A stretch of 64,000 nt of DNA, from NCBI GenBank assembly GCA_010015805.1, contig ML978126.1, positions 992,001 to 1,056,000 on the forward strand, given 5' to 3'. The notes beneath the pieces are model-generated. The model had not been told where the DNA came from. It searched no databases and saw nothing but the letters and a program-made list of their open reading frames with translations. Of this stretch, positions 48,069 through 60,400 are shown piece by piece. The DNA comes from Rhizodiscina lignyota (lineage: Eukaryota). A program made the translations under genes and the position numbers. Numbering within the stretch: position 1 is the stretch's first letter; the number at the start of each line of letters is the position of its first letter.

Positions 48069-49521
48069 ATGGCGCTTTTACAACGTTGCGTCGCTTCACA
48101 TAGCCTGCGCCTCTTGCTTGCAGTTTGTTTCCTATTTCTGCTTGCAATATGGTACGGCAAGGCACACTTCTACCGCGATCCTCTTAGTGCTTTTTACGAT
48201 CCCAGTCGAGCATTCGAGCGTGGCTACAGCTTTCAGCGTGAGAAGGAGGCCCAGGACTGGAAGATCGAAGCTGTTCGACGATTACACCAATCTGATGCCG
48301 AATCTTTTCCGAAAAAGGGCGACGACGCGCGCATCTGTGCTGTTTTCATCACTTTCAAGCGCGAAGAAAACTCGGAATATATCGATGTAAGAGGACCCTA
48401 AGAGTGACTGCCTACTGAGGTTGTTCAACTGTTGCGGTTCGTGTGAAAGTACTGACTGAATTTTCACGCTCAAGTTAGCTGTTAGCAGTGCCCTTGCCAA
48501 CCTCAAACTAGCCGAACGCGAAAACATCGACATCAGAATCTACTTTGCAAACACAAAACCCGAAGTACACCCTGCGTGGCACTCGTGGCTCGACGATGTC
48601 GTTGACGAATCATTCACCGCGTCGGAGCATGTCTCCGGCCCGCTATGGGAGCGGTTGGAGAGACTCGAGATGGACAAGGATTACGTTGGCAAGGGAAGAT
48701 TGGACTACACCGTGGCGCTAGATCGTTGTTGGTCCAACTCTTCTGCTCCATACATTGCTATAATCGAAGGCGATGTCCTTTTGGCGGAAGGCTGGCTCGC
48801 ACGAACAATCTCTGGACTGCTTCATATCGCCAAAACTGAGCATGTCGATTGGCTTGATCTACGCTTGTTTGGCGCAGATGTCTCCATCGGTTGGGCCTCC
48901 AAAGAGCTTCTGGGGAATAACGTTTTCTGGATCTCGCTCGGAGTTGGGCTTCCAGTTCTGATGTTCCTCATCCTCCTTCGTCGCCGATCCCAGACCCTCA
49001 ATCCACACCTTTCGACGCCCTCGCTCTTCATAATATGCTTTATCGCCATTCCTGGCTTCATCATCCTCTTCTTTCAAGCTGGGAAAGGGTCCACACTCCC
49101 TGTCATATCCGGTGTGCACCGACAAGATACCTTTGGCTGTTGTACTCAAGCGCAAGTGTTCAATCGGCAACAAATTCCCGACCTGGTCGAACATATGAGG
49201 AATGAAGAGTTTAATCTGCCGCATGATCTGGCAATCAACCAATTTAGACGTGATCGAGGCCTTGCTCGCTTCGCGCTGTATCCAATCATTGCACAGCACT
49301 TCGGTATGGAAATCCTTGACTTCTCTCTCTTCGTTAGCAATAAGTTGCAGGAGGATAGCTAACAGATCATCTTGACAGGTTTCCACTCCATCATCAATCC
49401 CAATCGGTCGGAGGAAATGCCAATATGGAGCATAGGGTTTGAGGACCTAAAGCCATCGAGACTCGCCCAGGACCACGAGAAAATGGTCAAAGAGATATAC
49501 GGTTCTGATGCTTGGAGTTGA
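48069..49521 (+). CDS. Membrane-anchored GT-A glycosyltransferase-like protein (PGAP4/TMEM246-like), multi-exon
   Basis: N-terminal TM, RDPLSAFYDP, DYTVALDRC, IIEGDV, WLDLRLF, an internal pair of TM helices, GCCTQAQVF and IAQHFG. Confidence 0.65.
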
Positions 49522-50465
49522 AAAGAAAAATCGATGTCAAAATCTCCAAATTGGAGGCGCTGTTGGATACGCATGGACATGGTGTGTTTGACGGTGACTC
49601 GAATCTCCGTCCGTCGGTTGTATCGACCCACGAAAATTCATAAACTCCCTTACTTCACCTTCCCCGACCAGGGCCCTGCGGTGTGTGCAGACACGCTTCT
49701 TTCCCAATCTCATCTTCCTCGACTAAAGCACTATTGTGCAGGGACTCGGTTTTGGCTGTTGTGTCTTTCTTTGAAGCTCGCACTATACCCGAATTTTCAC
49801 TTTTCTACCTTTTTGCCTTCGCCCACTTGGCTTGTACTATATGCCGAGACTCGGTTCGATGAAGTTTCACTCTCTTACAAACATTTCCCTCACACATGTG
49901 GGGGATGTGTTTGGTTTTCTGGGGAGTCTGCTCAAGACCTTCCCCGCCAACTTATGAAATTTTACGATTTGCAGCGTTGCACCATTCGCATTCTTCTACG
50001 AACGTGTACTGCCGTCCAATTTCTACTCTCGTCTTGCGTGTGCAGCGGTTCTCACTTCTTCCATCAGGCGTACGTGTCTGAAGTCTCACATCGATGGCAT
50101 CCTTGGGCTTTCGTCAGTCTACGCTCTGTCAACATAACTCGACATCATACGCAAGAAGTAAGCCTTAAGATGTAAAACACTGAAAGTCAAGGCGAGTACC
50201 CTGTGGCGATCGCGGCTGGATCACGCATATGTTGGATCGAACCGAAGTGCGGGAGCGGCGCGGCCGCTACGACGGCCGCTAATGCTTATTCGATTATTCC
50301 CGACCACTGCTTGAAGTATTTTGTACAACATGCACTCTTTCATTACTCACTTTTTCTACATCTCTACACGTTTATAACCTTGGCAAATGTTTATATCCCG
50401 CATGAGAGTGTGCCATCCGACCACGACAAGACGAACTCGGAAGGCTCATTGCAGCTGATCTGGAC

Positions 50466-52643
50466 ATGACAGACCACAACAAGATCTGCCGATCAGATGC
50501 AGAGATTCAACCGTGCACCATTTGCGGAGACTTGGGCATCATTACGCATGGTTCGGATTCCGAGTCCATTGTATTTCCAGAAGGATTGGAATTCCGCAAC
50601 GTCGAATTCAGCCATGTCAAGTCTGCATCGACCAATGGATGCCTATACTGTTCCTTTATACTCACCATCATCGACCAATTCTATCCCGACATTCCGAATT
50701 GTCTCATTGAACAAGCTATTAAAGAGGATCCTAGTCAACGAGCAGAGTACGAATGCAAAGATACCTGGTCTCTTTTCTTGAAGAGTGGACCGCAAGTGAT
50801 TCTCGAGATTCGATCCCACGAGAGTCCTCCACAGGTGCCGGGATGGCCACACTGGCGGCAGAAGCATTGGATTCCATCTTGGCGACGTGAATTGGACATT
50901 TACGGAATTCCAGACTCTCCTTGTCCCCTCAAGTATCTGCCAGATATCAAGGCGGATCCGGCCTCGGAGGAGTGTTTCGCTCACGCAAAAGGTTGGGTCG
51001 AGACCTGTGTACGGGAGCATGAAGAATGCCGGATATCGGCGACCGCATCGTCGCCGCGTCGGTTACTCGATGTGAAAGCTGGCGACGGCTCCGAGATCAT
51101 ATTACTAGAAACTGACGGCAATATCTTTCCATATGCAGCTCTAAGCCACTGCTGGGGCAAACGGCCTCTTTTCAAGACGGAGACGCACAATATTGACGCT
51201 CAGAAGGCTCAAATAGCTTGGGAAAAGTTCCCCCACACATTCCAGGACGCGATCATCGTGACAAGAGGCTTGAACATCCGATATCTGTGGATTGACGCTC
51301 TTTGTATAGTCCAAGATGATACTGCGGATTGGGAACGTGAAGCGGCAAAGATGTGTGACGTCTATCAGAATGCCGTCGTGACGATTGCGGGGGCAGATTC
51401 TGCCGGCAGCCATGAATGCTTCCTCAAGCCAAGAACGGAATATTTGTCGAAGCAACTTGTGTTTCCTTCACAGATAGCCGGATTGCCTGAACGTTTTGTG
51501 AAAGTGCGAGAGTCCCTTGCGACCATCTATCCGCAGAGTCATATTACCAGCGATCGGATCAGTCCAATTTCTGAAAGAGCATGGTGCTTCCAGGAGAGCT
51601 TGTTAGCAACTCGGTACCTCGCTTTCGAACGGCGCGAGATGCGCTGGGAATGTCGACGGCAAAGAGACTGCGAATGCGGTGCGCACAATTTGGCGCCCTA
51701 CGAAAAGGATTCTTTGAACCAGACCAGTCTTGGAGCAAAGGCATCTTTCGTGACTTCGACAAAAAAGGCAGATGCTGAAGTGCTATTCCGAATCTGGAAA
51801 GATTTTGTAATCAAAGAATATTCGCGTCGAGACCTAACGCGAGTGGCAGACTTGTTGCCGGCTCTTTCTGGCGTGGCCGCATCGTTTCGCCTCAACCTTC
51901 AGGACGAGTACCTTGCCGGACTGTGGAAGAAAGATCTGGCAAGACAGCTGTGCTGGATCTTGGGAAAGAATCGCTCCAACGATCCGTATCCTGATGTCGA
52001 TGCGTCTCGCGGGGAAGTGAGGGCGCCGTCGTGGTCTTGGGCCTCTGTTCGCGGAGACATTGCCTGGCACGTCCGCGATGCTATCAGCGCGGTCAACATC
52101 CTCGAAGCAAAATGCATACCAACGGGCCAAAATGAGCTCGGAACGGTTGGCTCAGGTACCTTGCGCCTGTCTGGCCGTGCTGTGCAGGCCACTTTGACGG
52201 TTGAGGAGAATGGCTTTCTGGACGCTTGGAGCGAAGGCCTCTACTCGTTTCGGCTGGCAGATGGCCGAGAATTCTGTGTTGCGAACCAACCCCGGATGAA
52301 CGGAGGAGAATTTGGAGAGCGGCACTGGAAGCTGAGCTTCTGGCCTGATGCTTATTTGCGGGCAGAGTCGGTTGTTTCAGCATCGGGGAAGCGAGATACG
52401 GTGCTGACAAGATGCCGTCCGCAAGATGGTCAAGACGGCATTAGTGGATCGGTTGTGATATTTCTCGCCTGCGAAGGCGCCAAAAAGAAGAACGAGCACT
52501 TGTTCTGCTGCCTTGTACTCGCTGAATCCGCCGTTGTTCGAGGCGCTTATGAGCGGATCGGGTACATATTTGGTGGAAGTTACAAGGACTCACGACAGGT
52601 TGTTGATCAATCAGATCAAAAGATGGAAGTTACTGTAGTCTAA
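50466..52643 (+). CDS. HET-domain protein (TOL-like) with Cys-rich N-terminus
   Basis: GCLYC, PRRLLDV, YAALSHCWG, YLWIDALCIVQDD, MCDVYQNA, ERAWCFQE, YLAGLW, APSWSWAS and YERIG. Confidence 0.93.
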   Translation: MTDHNKICRSDAEIQPCTICGDLGIITHGSDSESIVFPEGLEFRNVEFSHVKSASTNGCLYCSFILTIIDQFYPDIPNCLIEQAIKEDPSQRAEYECKDTWSLFLKSGPQVILEIRSHESPPQVPGWPHWRQKHWIPSWRRELDIYGIPDSPCPLKYLPDIKADPASEECFAHAKGWVETCVREHEECRISATASSPRRLLDVKAGDGSEIILLETDGNIFPYAALSHCWGKRPLFKTETHNIDAQKAQIAWEKFPHTFQDAIIVTRGLNIRYLWIDALCIVQDDTADWEREAAKMCDVYQNAVVTIAGADSAGSHECFLKPRTEYLSKQLVFPSQIAGLPERFVKVRESLATIYPQSHITSDRISPISERAWCFQESLLATRYLAFERREMRWECRRQRDCECGAHNLAPYEKDSLNQTSLGAKASFVTSTKKADAEVLFRIWKDFVIKEYSRRDLTRVADLLPALSGVAASFRLNLQDEYLAGLWKKDLARQLCWILGKNRSNDPYPDVDASRGEVRAPSWSWASVRGDIAWHVRDAISAVNILEAKCIPTGQNELGTVGSGTLRLSGRAVQATLTVEENGFLDAWSEGLYSFRLADGREFCVANQPRMNGGEFGERHWKLSFWPDAYLRAESVVSASGKRDTVLTRCRPQDGQDGISGSVVIFLACEGAKKKNEHLFCCLVLAESAVVRGAYERIGYIFGGSYKDSRQVVDQSDQKMEVTVV

Positions 52644-53566
52644 TGTGCGGTTGTTTGGTATGCACTCGATAGCAGGACACCTGCTCCCCTTGTGTGAAAT
52701 CATGGACCTTGACTAAGCCGAATGGAGGCTGTGGCGGTGCTGTCCGAGCGGGTACAGCCGAAGCCGAGCCGAGCGAGCAGTGCGTGTCTCAGGTAGACTA
52801 AGGAGTCTTCCGACGGTGAGTCGGACCAGTGCCACAGATCTGGTCGCGTTTCTGCCTCCATCTTTCATCTGCAGCAAGCGAGCCGGGTCAGTGCTGACTT
52901 CAGCCAATTGCAGAGTCCGGCAGAAACGATCAAACAGGAGCGGTTACTCCTACTTTTGGGGCTTGGCGGGTCTTGCGAAACACAGACCAGGCGGCTCCCC
53001 AAGTATATACACGGAGGCTACGAATTGACTCGGTGTAAACGCGGTAACAGCGACTGTGTCTCACACGGTTTTAAAGTAACACAGTGTCGACACGGTTTCA
53101 AGGCCATACTTCCTATGGCACACCCCAGACTTGGTCCGAAGCGAACGAGCCGCAAAGTGTAACTCAACACACTGCGACAGACTGTGATTGAGAGGCACCG
53201 CAGACAGGTCCATGACGGCGCAATCCACTGGTGAACACGATTGAAACCACAACTTCAACGTCTCACATGAGCGCCACGGCTTTGCGAGAGGTTGCAGGCG
53301 CGTGAGGTTTCATTGGACCGTTAGCGTCGTTCTCCTTACTCCAAGCCCGCACTTGATACCTTTCACAGCTCACAAGAATATGCATATAAAGTTCCTTGCC
53401 AAGCTTCCAAGAGATCTTTTCCCCCAAGCTCGCATCATTCACTTGTCTGTTCTATTCTCCACTTTCTTTCAGCTACTGGTTAGCATTGTTACTAAAAATT
53501 CCTTCCAACTAATCAACTTTCGTTCCCATTCGCCGGCCGATTATATTGCATAAACTATTCCTCACC

Positions 53567-54200
53567 ATGCATTTCACCAAGTCCATCATTGCTGCTTCGG
53601 CTTGCATTTCTGCCGCCTTTGCTGCCACTCACCAGATCCAAGTTGGCACAAATGGCCAGCGGGTCTTCGACCCCCCTACCGTCACCGCCGCCGTTGGTGA
53701 CAAAGTCCAGTTCATTTGGGTTGCCGGAGTATGCTAAGCCCCGTCTACCTGATCCATCCTTGCTGAACTTCTTAGAACCATACCGTCACTTCGGGAGGAG
53801 GAAGCACCGGCGCTGCTTGCCAGCCCAATGGCGCGTTCAACTCTGGATTCCTGATCGGCAATGCGGGCCAGACCAACAATCAACCAACCTTTACAATGAC
53901 CGTCACGAACACCAAACCGGTCACCTTCTACTGCGCCCAGAACCAGAACGACCATTGTCAGGCGAGCATGGTTGGCGCCATCAACCCCGCCGCTAATGTA
54001 TGTGCCTCCGAACCATCTTCCCATCTGATACTGACCCATTGCAGGACAATGATGCCAACTCTTTGGTTCAGCTCCAAAGGCAGGCTTCTCAGACCCAGAA
54101 GAGTGGGGTTGCTAACGGCATCACTGGTGGTACTGTCGGCACTGGTTCCGTTACCAACAAGAAGAGGCAGCTCCGTGCCTCCCGCTTCTTCGTCGTTTGA
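53567..54200 (+). CDS. Secreted cupredoxin (extracellular serine-rich protein family), three exons
   Basis: Signal peptide MHFTKSIIAASACISAAFA, AAVGDKVQF, NHTVT, FNSGF and FYCAQ...HCQASMVGAINP (His/Cys/His/Met copper ligands). Confidence 0.88.
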
Positions 54201-54811
54201 TTGAAGCCTCCGAATCAGAGTCAGATGTCTGTTCTTCATCTATATGGGTCCAGATGTGTTCGGCTTTTTGTGAGATTAGGGAATGGAGTGGCCAGGCGGC
54301 GGTGTGTAAAGATAGAGTTCTGCTCTCAGACTGCTACTGGTGGCCTTTGAACTGTCTTCTAGTGATACTGTTTGCGTACGAATCAAGTGTCTTTAGCCCA
54401 GCAAAGTTACAATTGGATGACTGCTTTTCAAACATTCCAAGTTACCTTTTAAATATTAGAAACGCTTTCGATTAAGGTTTGTCGCCACAAAGATTCTGAA
54501 GGTAAGGAAAAAAGGAAAGGGAGGTTGTGAGGCCATGTATAAATGTACATATACTCTGAACAATCCTTGCTCTGACCCCAGTCCACTAAACCCTTGTCGA
54601 TATCACGTGATCCCTGGCACCGTTCACATGTTTTGCGATAAGGACTGATATCCTGTAAACTCTGATTTCTCGAGGCCATGAGGATAACAAGTACACAAGA
54701 TCATTCTTTGACACAAGGCGATGTTGACCCATACCTTGTATTGTTCGGGCCATGGCGTTCCCCCTTCTATGTATCACCTTGTGTGTTTGGGCCGACTATC
54801 TACTGTCTCGC

Positions 54812-56606
54812 TTACCTTGCTACCGGCTTCATGTATACATTCAGCGCGGGCTTTGCCCAGAGAATATACGTGCGTTGGTCCAGCCAATCTTCGTCCTCAT
54901 TGGCCAGCTGCATATCAAAGTTGTAGAGGATGCGTGCCAAGATCAAGCGCATCTCGGCGTACGCTAGACTAATTACTAGTCAGCTCACACTCGATCAGGA
55001 CTTACGATTGGAGAGGATGCTAAGGGGTACCATACTTGCGACCCAGGCAATTTCTAGGCCCGACAGAGAAAGGTTGCAGCGCGTCCAGCTTATCGTTGGC
55101 GTATTTGGGATCGTGCAGGAAGCGTTCCGGGCGGAAGGCAAATGGCTTGGTCCACAGCTTGTCGCTGTGATAGACGGCCCAGTGCCAGACGCTCACCGTA
55201 GACTAAGATCCTCGGTCAGTTACTTAGTCGGTATTCTAAAGCCTAAGCGATCTGGTACTCACATCCTCCGGGACAAACACTCCAGCAACGACCGCGCCCC
55301 CTTTTGGCACGATCCGAGGCAGGCCGACAGCAATGGGTGGATACAGGCGTAACGCTTCATTCAGACACGCCAGCATATACGTGAGGCTACTGACCGATAA
55401 AAGCGTGATCTCCTCCTCCGATGTGAAGGATGAACGGACCTCGTCGACAACTTTACGAAGGGCATCCGGATTCTTGAGCAGCAAATAGGTGACGCCTGTC
55501 AATGCAGTGGCGGTGGTTTCGGAGCCGGCAATGATTAGATTGCTGCTATTCTGCATGAGTTGATTGATATCTAGGCCCTGAGAATGAGGAAAAGGAAGAA
55601 TCAACACGATGCATCTCAGAGGGCCTGAAGAGGAGGATGAGACTCACCCAATCTTTCCGTTTCTTTAGTAATCCCTCGATCAGGTCCGGCCGCTCGGTTG
55701 TCATCTCAGCACGCCGTTGTAGCTTCTCCATGCAGAGCCTGTTGTGCTCGCGCCGATACTTGTTCATCATCCGTAGCAGCGGCCGCAGGACAAACTCATA
55801 ACCCAGAAACTTGACGCCCAAAACCACGGCGCTGAAGCGAACCGCTTTCCCGATGGCCGCTACCCACGGGTCGTACTTCGCGCGCTCGAGGCATCCGAAT
55901 GGCTCGCCAAAGGCCAGGTCGCCGATAACGTCGAAAGTTGTCCACGCATACCACGACGTCATGTTCATCTCTTTCATAGCCTGCATACCTGTCGCGGGGT
56001 CCACGCTATCACGGTCCACGCAATATTCGCGCAGCCTGCGGATAAGCAGATCGATGTAGCCGCCAATGATGGGCTCTTGCTCGCGCATGGCGCGCTCGCT
56101 GAAGCCCGAGGCCAGCTGTCGTCGGAGGAGGGCGTGCTTTTCACGTCCCTCGCTCATGATGCTGCGCGCCTCGCCTTTGATATGGTAGGACTCGTCTGGC
56201 TTGGTCATCTCGTCTGCCGGCGGGGCGATGCCTGTCCGGCGCCCATAGACGTCCTTGAAGGCGTCTGGATCCTCGAAGGCGAGCTCGTTGGGCGCGATGC
56301 GCACCACGGGTCCATATTTGGCATGTAATTTGAGAAGATCCAGCGATAGCTTGCCTTGGTTGAACCGTATCACGTAGGTTAAGCGTTTTGCTCGGTGGAG
56401 GAGCGGACCGGGGAAACGACTCAGGGGGTGAAAGTAGAGGTTGTATATCACATTAGTGGCTTCATAGAGAATCAACTGCGAGTTCGCATTAGTTAGACTG
56501 ATGCGGGTGGGCTGGAGAGAACGAGTACTGCTCCAATAGCTAGCTTAGCGATGTCCGCCACGCTAACAGAGGGTGGATACGTCCACCTCAAATCCGGGAA
56601 CTGCAT
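54812..56606 (-). CDS. Cytochrome P450 (CYP65 / Tri11-like), multi-exon
   Basis: HPLSRFPGP, YGPVVRIAPNEL, TTFDVIGDLAFGEPF, IIAGSETTAT, EALRLYPP and heme motif PFSVGPRNCLG. Confidence 0.93.
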
Positions 56607-57431
56607 CGCGCTGGAGGGAGTTAAGGTTAACGCACATCGACAACGACCATAATTTCAGAGTGCAGTGACAGAGAAGCAGACCATGTTGCCTCCCAGCATA
56701 TCCCAGCATAAAATCCGCCGAATATGGAAACCATCCGACCATTCAAACCCACCGACGCAAGAGACCCACCGAATCGCCGACAGTTTGCAAGGATGGCAAG
56801 TCCAACAGCAATTCAAATTGGGCGAACAGCCCCAAAATGCTGAGTGGCTCACTTTGTGATACATATGCTCGTCAACTATGATAATTCCGCCACTCTGGAC
56901 TCGGTCAAGCAAGGAGGGCTGTGCACGAAGCAATGCATCTGCTAGTCCAAATGGCTGTAGATGAATGAGTGGCACAAGAAATACGATCATACATGTTCTG
57001 AGCCAGGAGGAACTTATACGGTATACAAAATTACAGCCGCTATCAAGCTATGTCGCAATGGAAACCAAACGCCGCATTCAAGGACAAAGTAACAGCATAA
57101 GATTAAAAGCCTTGAAAGCAGTCAACGTCATGCTGAACTTTTAATTCGACTCCCTGATTTCTTGTATGACTGGCACAAAGCCTGCTTAGATATGTGATAT
57201 GTACTGAAATTAGGTCCTTTTCTTTTCCTCTCTATCCTGGTATATATGATTTTGGTCGTGCTGCAACCATAATGAGTGTGGAAATATGTGCGGCCGCCTT
57301 ATCAAACACTTCCAAGCTGTTATTCCACTTATGCTCCTGTTCCTGCTCTATATATACATAAAACCAAATCCCGAATCATCTGTCCCTCCAACATTTATCG
57401 CTCAAATATCTTTCAACCACAGAAGTTCTAC

Positions 57432-60400
57432 CTAGTTCGATCCTCTATGAATAACCGGTAAGGTCAGTGTCTGCTCGTTTTCCAGAGCACTCTTCAAAAC
57501 GCCATTCACAAGTTCACCGAGGCCAGCATCCCTTGCCCTCTCCAGCCAGACCTCGAAGTCGAGCTCATCAAACGCTACTCCTTCCTCTTCCTCCATGTGT
57601 CTCCGCAGGCTTTGGAGCGACACCTTGACGTCGCTACAATGATGCAGATATTCGCAAGAGGCCCGAACAGCCCTCCCGGTATCCACACCTACAGAATCAA
57701 GTGCCGCATCTGCAATGCCCTCTGCTACAGCCCGCACTGGGACAAAATCAAAGGCGCCGCTCACAGCACCATGGAAGCGTGGCACCGCGTGCAGTAGCTT
57801 GCAGTATGCATACAGCGTTGTCACAATATCCATTTCTGGTACGCCTTCCCCGGCAATGCTCGTCGGTCGATGGATCCAGCTCCGCAACCCATAGTCCACA
57901 GCGAGGGCTTCGAGCAGCGCTTCGCCGACCCATTTCGACGCCTCGTATCCATGCTGACCGTCCACTGGCAGCAATTCAGTGGCCTGTATGGACACCTCGG
58001 GCAGCGAATCGCCAGGGTAGAATCGGGCGACCGAGGCCGTCGAGACGAAATGGAACGAGGCCGACGCCGCAAGCGCCATCTCAGCCAGGCGCCGTGTTGC
58101 TAGGACGTTGGGGCGGCGCAGTGAGCGGTATGTCTTCATGAAGGAGACATCGGCGCCGTTGTGGATGAAAACGTCAGCGCGCGTCGTGAGCTGCTCGAGC
58201 TCCGAGTTCGACAAGCCCAGATTACGGTCAGCGAGATCGCCAGTGTACTCGATGACCTTCGGGCTGGTGACGGCGACGTGCCTCGGCTCGCCTTTAGCGT
58301 TGGATCGGATGGATATGCAATGAACTTCGCCAACACGCTTGTCGCGAACAAGGCAGTCGAGTATATGCCGGCCTAGGAAGCCAGTGGCGCCGGTAAGGAC
58401 GACGCACAAGCCCGTCTTGGGCAGCATAGCACCAGCATCTGGGTTGGAGACGGCGATCGCGGGAGGCGCGAGGGCATCTGGCGACAGACCGTCGCAGAGC
58501 GCACGTATCTCCGTGCTCCAGTCTATCTCTTGATCCAGGATCTGTTCACCGTACGTAGCAGTTCTGATAGTTGACGCCATGCCACGAATTGTGCTTGCTC
58601 GGAAGAGCTCGGGTAAGGTCACATCACACCCAAACGCCATCCTCAGTTCTGTCCTTAGCTTCAGTAGGAGCAGCGAATTCCCACCAACGAGGAAGAAGTC
58701 GGCGTCCGACGTCAGTCGCGACAGCTGCACCGCGCCCGGGAGGACTTCCTGCCAGACTGCAACCACTTGCGCCTCGAGGTCGGTGAGGTTCTCTTCATAT
58801 AATTCGCTCGCATCTTGGCTCGAAGGTACTGGGAGGCTGTCGATCTTGGACTTGTCTCTTTTGCCATTGGGACTCCTCGGGATCTCGTCTATGGCGACAA
58901 TATTGGTTGGGGACATGTACGCTGGCAACGGCAGGCAGGCCTTGAGCTGCTCGAGGAACGCAGACTTGTCCCCTGTAAAGTCGTCCGAGAAAACCACGAA
59001 GGCAACAAGCAGGTCGGAGCTGCGGAGAGATACAGCGGCGTCGACGATAGCTGAACGTGACTCGCTGACAATGACCTTGGCTATTTCTTCGAGCTCAATG
59101 CGCATTCCACGGATCTTGACTTGCGAGTCTCCATCGAGCCGGCCCATGAAATGCAAGAAGCCGCTCTCGAGCATCCGGCCCTTGTCTCCCGTTCGGTAGA
59201 GCTTGTCCCAGCCTTCAAGACTGTCCTGACTAGGTGAGATTCTGTTCGGAACAAACTTGCGTGCCGTCTCTTCAGGCCTGTTCACATATCCAACTGCATT
59301 GCCGGCGCCGCCGATGCAGATCTCCCCAGGAAATCCAGCAGGCATGGGGTTCATATTCTCGTCAACTATCACGACAGAGTAATTCGGCATCACCCGGCCA
59401 GCTGGACTCTCGTCTTCTATGTCGTCCTCAGTGTAAGGGATGACACATCGGGTGCAGGAGAGAGTTGCCTCGGCCGGCCCATAGAGATTCACCAGACGGA
59501 GATTAGAGAGTCCCAGCTTCTTGAATCCCCGCCTTAGCTGAGCGGTGACCTTCTCGCCTCCTGAAAATGCATATTTCCAGGACGAGCACGCTTTGAGGAT
59601 ATGGTATCCGTATCGTAGCAGATACAAGTATTCGGAGGGCACAAACTCGGTGTATGTGACACCTTCGGAGAGGATGAGGTTCGAAATTTGTATGGCATCA
59701 CCACGGGCCTCCTTAGAAGCCACAACCAGCGTGCCACCATTTGCCAGGGCACTAAAGATTTGCTCCAAGGACAAGTCGAAGCCGAACGAGCTTTGCTGCA
59801 GCACAACCTCTTTGCCAATACCGAACAGCTTGGAAATTGCCCAAATCTGGTTCAACAGAGCGGCATGGGTTAACAGCACGCCTTTAGGGGTGCTGGTCGA
59901 ACCACTGGTGTATATAGCGAAGCCAGGATCGTGAGGTCGTGCAACGCAGGTGGCCGGTGCCTGGAGTGACTCCGAGCCTCCTTCTATCAATGTCGACACG
60001 TTCAGCAAGTCGACTTTGCTGTTCTCTGCCGCCATTAAGAGCTCCTTCGCCGAGCTTAGAGTTTCGCCCTGGCAGATGATGACGCTGGGACGGCAGTCTG
60101 CAACTATAGCAGCCAAGCGGCCGGCTGGGTTTCGTAGATCGAGCGGGACATACACCAAGCCCAGATCCATGATCGCCAGTAGAGCACAGATAGCGTCAGC
60201 ATTTGGATGCAGGAGAACTCCGACGTACGACCCAGCGGACAGGTCTCGAAGCTGACTGGTGATATAGTTAACTCGGTCCATCATTGCACGATATGTTAGC
60301 CGCCGTCCATAACCATCCTTGATAGCAATTGATTTTGTATTGAGTGTGGCCATCTCATGGATTCGATGTGCCAGCGTAGGAGCCTGCCACTCCACAACAA

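Noticed and set aside
49534..50175. 213-aa ORF between the glycosyltransferase and the HET gene
   Set aside because: No recognisable motif, Cys/Phe/Ser-rich composition typical of intergenic DNA, and it starts 13 bp after the previous stop.
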